From NCBI GenBank assembly GCA_001563335.1, contig LRSL01000074.1, positions 1 through 17,315 of the forward strand: 17,315 bases of DNA. Reading direction: 5' to 3'. The position numbers and the translations under genes were made by a program. Under the pieces are notes generated by a model, which did not search any database, had not been told where the DNA came from, and saw nothing but the letters and a program-made list of their open reading frames with translations. Positions 1-7,525 of this stretch are shown here, one piece after another (position 1 is the first letter of the stretch; every line of letters starts with the position of its first letter). Source of the stretch: Candidatus Thorarchaeota archaeon SMTZ1-45. GTDB taxonomy: Archaea > Asgardarchaeota > Thorarchaeia > Thorarchaeales > Thorarchaeaceae.

Positions 1-2010
1 ACGCTGGAAGATGCAGACCTACGACTGAATAGAGCGGTTACCTTTGAGTGGCTATATACTAATGGTCTAGGTGGCTATACGTCTTCCACAATTGTAGGTC
101 TCAATGTTCGTGGTTATCATGGTCTACTTGTTTCCTCATTAAGTCCACCTGTAGACAGATGGCTCACACTATCCCGACTTGATGAAGCTATTGTGAACAA
201 GGAAGGAGAATGTAATCTAAGTACTGAGCAAACAAACAAGGGAGTCACATATCGAGGCTATCGCTATCTGAAACGATTCGAACTGAATCCTCTCCCCCAG
301 ATGATCTATAAGACGGGGTGCGTTGAACTAGAGAAAACAGTATTTATGGCTTATAGACGAAATCTCACTGTCGTGAATTATGAGATAACAAATACAGATG
401 AAACAGTTTTCACTGTAACACCCATCCAAACTTGTAGAGACCTCCATGCACGTCCTCCTCATCTTGATTTTACTCCAGGAATCGAAATTCTTGATGAGCA
501 TTCCTACCTTTCATATGATGACCGTCCTAACAGTCCTTGGATGTATTCATACACACCAGATGCAGAGTTTATGCCAAGTGAAATGAGAGTGACAGATCCG
601 CAAATATATAGAAAGGACAAGGCTATGGGACTACCTCATGAAGAAGAGATGATTATTCCTGGTGTTTTCCATACCATTCTCGAACCAGGTGAACACTTCC
701 TATCATTCCTCTTTGCAGTCAGTCCTAATCGCAAACAATTGATGAAAGACCTCGGTTCTCTTGCTAAAGCTCAAAGAAAGGACTTTGCTAGACTAAGATT
801 CGAAGAGCTTAGGCGAAGGAAGATATTGAATGACCGAGCATTTACTATGTCTCCAAAAGAGCGAGATGAAGATATCGAATGGCTCATCCTTGATGCAGAC
901 ACCTTCATCGTGGATCGTGCGTCCACTAAGATGCGATCAGTGATTGCAGGATATCATGAACTAGCTGATATTGGTCTAGATGCCTTAGTTGCGCTACCTG
1001 GACTCACAATGTCAATTGGCCGGTTTCAAGATGCTCGAGAAATTCTGACCAACTACGCAAGGCATTCAAGATACGGATTAGTTCCAAATGACTTTCCAGA
1101 CCGTGGCATTCAACCTGAGTATGACTCCGTTGATGCGTCACTGTGGTTCATTATGGCTGTTCACAAATATATTGAATGCACAAATGATATTGAGTTTCTT
1201 CGAGGTATTATCTGGGACACAATGGAGTCCATTGTTGCTGCCTATCGAATTGGTACGAAGTACAACATCCATGAAGACCACGATGGTATGATCATATCTG
1301 GGATAGAGGGTGTAGAGGTTTCGTGGATGAATGAACGCATCGGTGATTGGTGTGCAACTCCTCGAATAGGCAAGTGTGTTGAGATTAATGCACTCTGGTT
1401 TAATGTTCTAATGGCGATGGGCGATATGTGTGAACTAGTTGGTCGAGACCCTTACGAGTTCAGAGCAGTTGCATCCTGGATAAGAGAAGCATTCCAGCAA
1501 ACCTTCTGGAATGAGGAACTTGGTTACCTATATGATGTGGTCACTGATGAAATGAAAGATGACTCAATCAGACCCAACCAAATCTTCGCATTGAGTCTTC
1601 CATATTCACTTTTGGATGAGATTCAAGCCAACTCTGTTCTCAAAGTAGTTACAAAGGAACTTCTTACACCGTTCGGTCTTCGAACACTATCGTCCTCTGA
1701 CCCCCGATATGCAAGGGCATATACTGGTGGTCCAAAAAGTCGAGCTGCTGCCACTCATCAAGGCACAGTACACCCTTGGCTTATTGGAGCGTACATAACA
1801 GCATGGCTTAATGTTAATGGCAGAACTGAAGCAAACAAAGTAAAAGCGGAGAAGAGTTTCTTTCGACCTGTTCTAAATGCTGTACGCAGAGGATGTTTAG
1901 GTACAGTTTCAGACATGTTTGATGGTTCAAAACCACACAGGGATCGTGGTTGTGTGTCTCGAGCCAGAAGTGTTGCTGAACTACTCAGAGTTTATTTCGA
2001 TGAGTTATGA
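1..2010 (+). CDS. Archaeal-type glycogen debranching enzyme / amylo-alpha-1,6-glucosidase (GH133-like) homolog; 5'-truncated by the window edge; active site appears degenerate
   Basis: Frame 1 is open from base 1 and reads TLEDADLRLNRAVTFEWLYTNGLGGYTSSTIVGLNVRGYHGLL, the GDE N-terminal signature (EWLxTNGLGGY...RxYHGLL), so the true start lies upstream of the tracked 193. C-terminal motifs: VIAGYH, GLVPN, SVDASLWF, TPRIGKCVEINALW, SIRPNQIFALSLP, LLTPFGLRTL, HQGTVxPWL. Stop TGA at 2008-2010. Confidence 0.9.
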   Translation, partial: TLEDADLRLNRAVTFEWLYTNGLGGYTSSTIVGLNVRGYHGLLVSSLSPPVDRWLTLSRLDEAIVNKEGECNLSTEQTNKGVTYRGYRYLKRFELNPLPQMIYKTGCVELEKTVFMAYRRNLTVVNYEITNTDETVFTVTPIQTCRDLHARPPHLDFTPGIEILDEHSYLSYDDRPNSPWMYSYTPDAEFMPSEMRVTDPQIYRKDKAMGLPHEEEMIIPGVFHTILEPGEHFLSFLFAVSPNRKQLMKDLGSLAKAQRKDFARLRFEELRRRKILNDRAFTMSPKERDEDIEWLILDADTFIVDRASTKMRSVIAGYHELADIGLDALVALPGLTMSIGRFQDAREILTNYARHSRYGLVPNDFPDRGIQPEYDSVDASLWFIMAVHKYIECTNDIEFLRGIIWDTMESIVAAYRIGTKYNIHEDHDGMIISGIEGVEVSWMNERIGDWCATPRIGKCVEINALWFNVLMAMGDMCELVGRDPYEFRAVASWIREAFQQTFWNEELGYLYDVVTDEMKDDSIRPNQIFALSLPYSLLDEIQANSVLKVVTKELLTPFGLRTLSSSDPRYARAYTGGPKSRAAATHQGTVHPWLIGAYITAWLNVNGRTEANKVKAEKSFFRPVLNAVRRGCLGTVSDMFDGSKPHRDRGCVSRARSVAELLRVYFDEL

Positions 2011-2192
2011 ATGAATCATACATAATACATTATATGCAATTTTACAGGGTAATATTTGCAGTTTGTCGGTTTTTCCATCAGAGGTTACTAGGAAAGAACC
2101 TTTGATGATACACCAAGAAATCAAGAGTCAGCATTTGACCCTCAATGCATTGTATTCTGTATTGATAGTGTGTAGCACGCTTGGCTTTTGTT

Positions 2193-2199
2193 GAGGTGG
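2193..2199 (+). promoter_or_regulatory. Shine-Dalgarno site for the large surface protein
   Basis: GAGGTGG lies 5 nt before ATG 2205, which starts a canonical signal peptide (MKK + hydrophobic stretch). Confidence 0.65.
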
Positions 2200-2204
2200 A
2201 ATAT

Positions 2205-5200
2205 ATGAAAAAAGTAAATACAATTACGCTAATTGCACTTTTGCTTGTCAGTTTTACTGTGTCTATTGCTCCAGCTATTGCGCAAAGTCCTGCAGATCCT
2301 GTAATGGGAGTTGCTTGGAGAGTGGAGGAGAATAATGTTACTCAGTTTTCACATTCTGAGGAACAATCCAATTGGATTTTTGGTCCTCAGCCACGCATTC
2401 GGATTCAATATGCAAACAATATGACTGACATTGCAGACAACAGTTATAGGATTAATGTTGGTGATGACCTCCTTGTTGATATCACGGTCCCCAAGTCGTT
2501 TCTTGTGTCTGATTTGGATGCAATACAATTTTGGGGGAATGGAAGAGGTGATAGAGCTGCATTCTTTGGTCTAGAATATAATGTTACATCAGATAGATGG
2601 AACAGCTTAGCATATCGATACATTCCTGGATCAGATGAACCAAGACCATCCGGGTTCATTACACTTGATTCACTTAACTCAGAATACACAGAAGAAGCTG
2701 ATTACTATCATGCTGTTTTTGCCATCACCTACGCACAAGCGATTCTTCCTGGAGTCTTCACTACTGGAATGCAGGTAGTTGATGTGGAAGGGCATCCTGT
2801 TGCAGCAAACTGGTTAGTCGCAGCTGAAACTGGTAAGTATGTAAGTCCTCCAATTGGTTTTGGTGTTGCTGTGATTCCTACAGAATTCTCATTACCAAAC
2901 TACTATTATGCTGATATCGTCGGAGAAGATGGACGTGTTCTTCACTACACAGATGTAAATGACACATTCATTGTCAGGATGATGTCCAATGCAGAGATAG
3001 GATCCGCACTCATTCCATTCGCTCAGCTAACATGGGATCAAGCATATCATTTGAAAGAGAACTGGACCTATCCAGTTGGTCTTGATGTTGATAATGCAGT
3101 CCTATTCAATAGTGATATTGCATGGGAGGAGATTGAAGTAGACCTCTATCCTGTGATGTTTCTAAAGGTGAATGAAACTAATGCATATGTCCTCGGAGGA
3201 TACCTCGATGTTGACTGGGAATGGATAGACCTTGGTGGTGGCGTTGGTATGTGGTTCCCACATATACTTGTCATTGAAAACTCAACAATTGATCTAAGTC
3301 GCTATTTTGTAGTAGACAATGGATATACAAGTGTGACTGACCGACATCTAATTCAATGGGGTGGGTACTTCACTAACGAAACCGACATGGATGAAGGTTT
3401 TGGTTTTGGTGGAACTATAGAACCTGAAATGTCCCTAGTCACAGTTCTCGACATCAATGGTAGACCAATTATCGCTCGGCCAGAGATACGTGAAAAAGCA
3501 ACAATGAAGCTAGCTTTCCGTTCTGCTTTCATTGAGGCATTTGTCTATAATGGAGCTGGACAGATTGCAGCTGTTGCTCAACAGGGTGAGTTGCTCAACT
3601 TGACAATGTTAGTTCATAAAAATATGAACGAGATTAATGGTTCGATAGTCTATGAAATTGAATCCGGGACAGCCGCTCCACCAGCATTGTTCAATGTTAC
3701 TCAAGAATTGAAGCATATCACCTTTGAAGTGCAAGGTTCGATTATGGATTATAACGACACGCATTACTGGCGTGTTAACATCGTGCACTCAATTCGTATC
3801 GACTTTGAAACGGGTTCTTCAATTGAATCTTCTGAATATAGAATAACTATGTTCCAGAAGGGTGGTCTACAGCTTTGGGCTTTGACATTACCAGCCGATC
3901 ATGTGCACGTGGATAGCTACCAGCTCAATATGCAAGGGGACTTGACAACATTGAATGTCATGTTTAGTTTTGACCCAGCTGCTCCTTCAATGGTCATGGA
4001 TCAAGCGAAGGTAACTGTTGGGTTGCTCAGCAATGTTCGAATCTGGGATGCTGCCAATAGCACTTGGGGTTATCCCTGGTGGATGCTTTCTGGTGGTCAA
4101 CTTACTCCTGCGGAGTATCTATCATTGGTCAATTCGTGGACTGATCAAGAAGTAGAGATTGATCTATCTACTGATACACTTTGGAGTCCAAGAAATCTCC
4201 GTCTTGGTGATGTATATACCTATACACCCCCTATCTGGATTGTCACTGGAGATGGAGCAATTGACCTTGATGGCAACATATACACAGTAGATGATCAGTA
4301 CTATGTCAAAAGAACTGGTTATTGGGAAGACTGGGGCAATATCACAGTTAGTGGTATGCTTGTAGTCCTTGGTTTTGATCCAACACCAGGTAAAGATGGA
4401 GACGAGTTCTGGTCTGAGAACTGGATGGGTGTTCTGAAATCGGAAATGTGGTTCAATGCCAATGAAACATTCTACTGGTATCACACTGATGGAAGTCCTG
4501 TAAGTACTAGCGAAATGGCTAGAATTCAGGATACAATGTGGGCAGATATGGGCAATGATATTCCTGTTCCAGGATATGAATATGTAGCTTGGATGGCAAA
4601 GAATCGAACACTAGACGTTAGTAATATTCCAGGTCTCGAATCTGGCAAGTGGACCAACACCTGGTTTGCTTGGGGAACAAGACAGACATACTGGGTTGGT
4701 ATCTCTGAAACTCAGGCTACACTTGCACGATTCCGTGCTGAATATGCAGGTCTTCTCATCTTCAATGATGGACTTGGCCCCACACCAAGTGCTCCTGACT
4801 TTACTTTCCGAGAAGGTCAGATAGCAACAGATGAAGTTACACATTTAGTACTGATTGATGATGTCGCAAGTATTGAACTTCGGAGACCATTCGGTGCTAC
4901 TAACAATTCGGGTAATGTAATAGTCAGCCCTGATACTGTCGTGAGCTTTGGTGTTTCCATCTATGATGTCGATGTAACAATCTACCCACTCAAGATTGAA
5001 CACTCTTCTGCATTGAGAGGTGCGTGGGACTTCAGACAGTCTTATGAAGGAGCTATGGGCTTGAATGCCACCAGATTCGACTACTGGGTGACTCATGCAA
5101 CTGTCAGTGAGATGTCATTTGATATCGAGTTCAAGGTTGACATGGTCAACTATGATTCTGAAGATCCGACCACTTGGAACCATGCGGTTTCCTTCAAGGT

Positions 5201-5771
5201 AGATCAACGTTTTGGAGCTTGGACTCTACATGACTTTGACAACACTGTACTTGAAGGTCGAAGTCTAGCGGTAAACTTCTTCGGTATTCTTGGTACAGGA
5301 ACAGCGACTAGGTACACAGCTGGCGAACGTCCTGTGACTGATACAAACAGTGCAAGCCTAGAAGCATCATACTATGAGTTTGGTAGCGAGAATAGTCCGT
5401 ATGCCAATGTTACCATGGGTGGATTACCCTATACTTACGGTGGCGATGGCCATACCACTGTATACACCTCTGGCTCATCCACTGTGCCAATTGGTGCGTT
5501 CAGTGCTATGTACGAATCAGCATCAGGCACATCTGTAGCCAACTGGAATGTTGAAGCTTCCATGCTCTTCATGACTGCTGGTTATGAGAAATGGAGTGGG
5601 GAAGATATTCTCTGTGACCCTGTCTTTGTTGCCTATACAAGCTCATATCAGGGCTCTGGAACAACAACTCCTTACACACCAGAAGAAGGCAATCCGCTTA
5701 CACTTTACCTTATTGTTGGTGGCGTTGTAGCACTGGTTGTCGTTGTCTGTATGCTCTATAGACGCAGGTAG
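2205..5771 (+). CDS. Large secreted, C-terminally membrane-anchored cell-surface glycoprotein (S-layer-like; function unknown), ~1188 aa
   Basis: Signal peptide MKKVNTITLIALLLVSFTVSIAPAIA; about 19 N-x-S/T sequons by hand count; beta-rich, Lys-poor, acidic and aromatic composition; S/T/P linker (SGTTTPYTP), TM helix (LYLIVGGVVALVVVVCML) and basic stop-transfer tail RRR. Start moved from TTG 2181 to ATG 2205 on the RBS evidence. Confidence 0.8.
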   Translation: MKKVNTITLIALLLVSFTVSIAPAIAQSPADPVMGVAWRVEENNVTQFSHSEEQSNWIFGPQPRIRIQYANNMTDIADNSYRINVGDDLLVDITVPKSFLVSDLDAIQFWGNGRGDRAAFFGLEYNVTSDRWNSLAYRYIPGSDEPRPSGFITLDSLNSEYTEEADYYHAVFAITYAQAILPGVFTTGMQVVDVEGHPVAANWLVAAETGKYVSPPIGFGVAVIPTEFSLPNYYYADIVGEDGRVLHYTDVNDTFIVRMMSNAEIGSALIPFAQLTWDQAYHLKENWTYPVGLDVDNAVLFNSDIAWEEIEVDLYPVMFLKVNETNAYVLGGYLDVDWEWIDLGGGVGMWFPHILVIENSTIDLSRYFVVDNGYTSVTDRHLIQWGGYFTNETDMDEGFGFGGTIEPEMSLVTVLDINGRPIIARPEIREKATMKLAFRSAFIEAFVYNGAGQIAAVAQQGELLNLTMLVHKNMNEINGSIVYEIESGTAAPPALFNVTQELKHITFEVQGSIMDYNDTHYWRVNIVHSIRIDFETGSSIESSEYRITMFQKGGLQLWALTLPADHVHVDSYQLNMQGDLTTLNVMFSFDPAAPSMVMDQAKVTVGLLSNVRIWDAANSTWGYPWWMLSGGQLTPAEYLSLVNSWTDQEVEIDLSTDTLWSPRNLRLGDVYTYTPPIWIVTGDGAIDLDGNIYTVDDQYYVKRTGYWEDWGNITVSGMLVVLGFDPTPGKDGDEFWSENWMGVLKSEMWFNANETFYWYHTDGSPVSTSEMARIQDTMWADMGNDIPVPGYEYVAWMAKNRTLDVSNIPGLESGKWTNTWFAWGTRQTYWVGISETQATLARFRAEYAGLLIFNDGLGPTPSAPDFTFREGQIATDEVTHLVLIDDVASIELRRPFGATNNSGNVIVSPDTVVSFGVSIYDVDVTIYPLKIEHSSALRGAWDFRQSYEGAMGLNATRFDYWVTHATVSEMSFDIEFKVDMVNYDSEDPTTWNHAVSFKVDQRFGAWTLHDFDNTVLEGRSLAVNFFGILGTGTATRYTAGERPVTDTNSASLEASYYEFGSENSPYANVTMGGLPYTYGGDGHTTVYTSGSSTVPIGAFSAMYESASGTSVANWNVEASMLFMTAGYEKWSGEDILCDPVFVAYTSSYQGSGTTTPYTPEEGNPLTLYLIVGGVVALVVVVCMLYRRR

Positions 5772-5781
5772 TATATCATAG

Positions 5782-5826
5782 GAAGACCGGACATTTCGTC
5801 CGGTTCTTCTTTCTTCTTTTTCTTTT
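5782..5826 (+). terminator. Hairpin plus T-rich tract, likely terminator between convergent genes
   Basis: ACCGGAC (5786-5792) / loop ATTTC / GTCCGGT (5798-5804), extendable by GAAG/CTTC, followed by TTTCTTCTTTTTCTTTT; begins ~10 nt after the 5771 stop. Confidence 0.7.
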
Positions 5827-5832
5827 GGTTCA

Positions 5833-6498
5833 TTAGAGTAATTCGTTTTGAAGAGTTTCGCCCACAGTTGTTGGATCACTTAGATAGCTATTATCTGGTG
5901 GCATTACAAGACTCCAGCCCCTAGAATATTCATACGATGCACATGCGGCATATCCCATTGAATGCCATTCGCTAATATCCAATGGAGCCGCGACTATATG
6001 GGAGTGAAATAGAATAGCCATAAGTGGATCTACAACAACAGCTACCACATCGTCTTTATGCTTACTGACCAGGCTTCCCATGCAACTGCTAAAACGCTCC
6101 CTTGCTTCAATGAATGACTCTCCATTATCCGGAACAAACTCTTCATCCTTCCACATCTGCCTAAGCCTTATGCCAAGTGAATTTAAGTCATCCATTGAAG
6201 TCCCAAACTTAACAAGATTCAAGCAGTCCACTTTCTGTATCTTCGATTCAAACTCTCTTTCCAATATATTGGATGATTTCAGTGCTATCTTGTCGGTAGC
6301 GGAATAAAGAACTCTGACACCAGTAGCAACTCTTGATCTTGCCATCTCAATGAGCTGGTTTTCACCTCGATCTGTGAGAGCTTGAGAGTTGAACCCTTCA
6401 GATTCTCCAATAGTAATTACATAGACCAATGTTCTGGATTTAACTCGTTTGCTGACTTCTCGCTCTTGAACGTATTCGAACATCCTGGTACCCGCCAT
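5833..6498 (-). CDS. Histidine phosphatase (phosphoglycerate mutase-like) superfamily protein, probably catalytically inactive
   Basis: Fold motifs are kept (VYVIxxGES, LTDRGENQ, LYS, GESFIEARERF, VVAVV), but RHG is replaced by TIG, the SPLxRA arginine is absent and SHG is replaced by VDP. Confidence 0.8.
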   Translation of the reverse strand: MAGTRMFEYVQEREVSKRVKSRTLVYVITIGESEGFNSQALTDRGENQLIEMARSRVATGVRVLYSATDKIALKSSNILEREFESKIQKVDCLNLVKFGTSMDDLNSLGIRLRQMWKDEEFVPDNGESFIEARERFSSCMGSLVSKHKDDVVAVVVDPLMAILFHSHIVAAPLDISEWHSMGYAACASYEYSRGWSLVMPPDNSYLSDPTTVGETLQNELL

Positions 6499-6518
6499 TG
6501 ATTTCCTTGAAAGTTTCC

Positions 6519-6526
6519 TAATATAA
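6519..6526 (-). promoter_or_regulatory. Archaeal TATA box, probably driving a leaderless transcript of the phosphatase-like gene
   Basis: Minus-strand TTATATTA ends about 20 nt upstream of ATG 6498, the spacing expected for a leaderless archaeal mRNA. Confidence 0.5.
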
Positions 6527-6555
6527 CTCAGTATGATAATCTTAATCGTTTTATA

Positions 6556-7518
6556 TTACTGATTAATTCTCCTCAAAACCTCATATGACCCATATCCTCC
6601 ATCAATATCATTAAGTTGGAAAGACCCAAAGGATTGTATGAGAAATGATACATTGCCGCTATCCCCTGTAAATGGTACAGGTATTATTTCACCAGGAATC
6701 GCTTTCAGGATATATTTCTGACCTCGATCATCAATTAACTCAAGCTTTGTCGATAGAGGAAAGATTCCATTGTCTTGGTATGAATGTTCTAGCATCCTGA
6801 TGGTTTTGAGAGGTATATTTTCTCCATCTTTGTAGATGAATCCACCAGACCCTATACGGCCATCATCCATGATAACTGCGGCTGGATTCAAAGCCAGTTT
6901 CTCATCGAACCAAACAACAAAGTAAAACCAATTTCCTACGCCTGTCCAATCTCGAATGCCATGTGTGTGGTCTCTTTGTCCAATACAGCCATCTATATCA
7001 TATATTTCATCGCCGACTTTGATAGTCCCACAAACCTTGCCCATTTGTTCCCAGTGTTTATCTCCTGATTTTTTCCCAATCTCAAGTGACTCTGAAGTCA
7101 TATGTTCACTATACTCATATGTTTCATTAATGGCTCTAAATTTTAAGTCAATTTTTCCCCCCACAAGATCTGATATGACAGAAGGATCTTCCTTGATTTT
7201 GACAAAGTCCTTAGGATTAGTTAAAATAAGTAATGGGCCTTCGAATGAGTATTGCCATTCTCCATCCTCTATGAAATTATGACGAACACTAGCTACCTCT
7301 AATGAATTTGGATACATAGCTGCATCGTCATTTGCATGGTATACTCCGACTGAGCCATTTGGAAGAAAAAGAAAGAAGAAAGTCATTCCCTCTCTCTTGT
7401 TAGGTTTGAAACCTATTCTGCTCATACCACCAATTCTGTTTGTCTTATCATAGAAGATGAAATAATAGCTCTCATTCCACTCAATATGCTTGGAAGGATT
7501 ATGGGTTACTGGTTCCAA
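6556..7518 (-). CDS. AttH/CrtC/tocopherol-cyclase-like double beta-barrel protein (DUF7064/DUF7065-like), function unknown
   Basis: Motifs WNESYYFxFYD, HWEQMG and GQRDHTHGIRDW, typical of this barrel family. TTG start lies 7 nt after the upstream stop, and a GGAG RBS overlaps the end of the upstream gene (coupled pair). Confidence 0.6.
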   Translation of the reverse strand: MEPVTHNPSKHIEWNESYYFIFYDKTNRIGGMSRIGFKPNKREGMTFFFLFLPNGSVGVYHANDDAAMYPNSLEVASVRHNFIEDGEWQYSFEGPLLILTNPKDFVKIKEDPSVISDLVGGKIDLKFRAINETYEYSEHMTSESLEIGKKSGDKHWEQMGKVCGTIKVGDEIYDIDGCIGQRDHTHGIRDWTGVGNWFYFVVWFDEKLALNPAAVIMDDGRIGSGGFIYKDGENIPLKTIRMLEHSYQDNGIFPLSTKLELIDDRGQKYILKAIPGEIIPVPFTGDSGNVSFLIQSFGSFQLNDIDGGYGSYEVLRRINQ

Positions 7519-7525
7519 AATATAT

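Noticed and set aside
193-195. GTG 193 as the start of the GDE-like gene
   Set aside because: The conserved N-terminal motif is encoded upstream in the same open frame, so the gene starts before the window.
2011-2204. Short dyads in the intergenic region (AGGTT...AACCT, CAATGCATTG)
   Set aside because: Too short to distinguish from chance, and no repeated copies were seen elsewhere in the window.
5660-5771. PGF-CTERM / archaeosortase signal on the large glycoprotein
   Set aside because: The TM and basic tail are present, but there is no PGF- or PGY-like motif before the helix.
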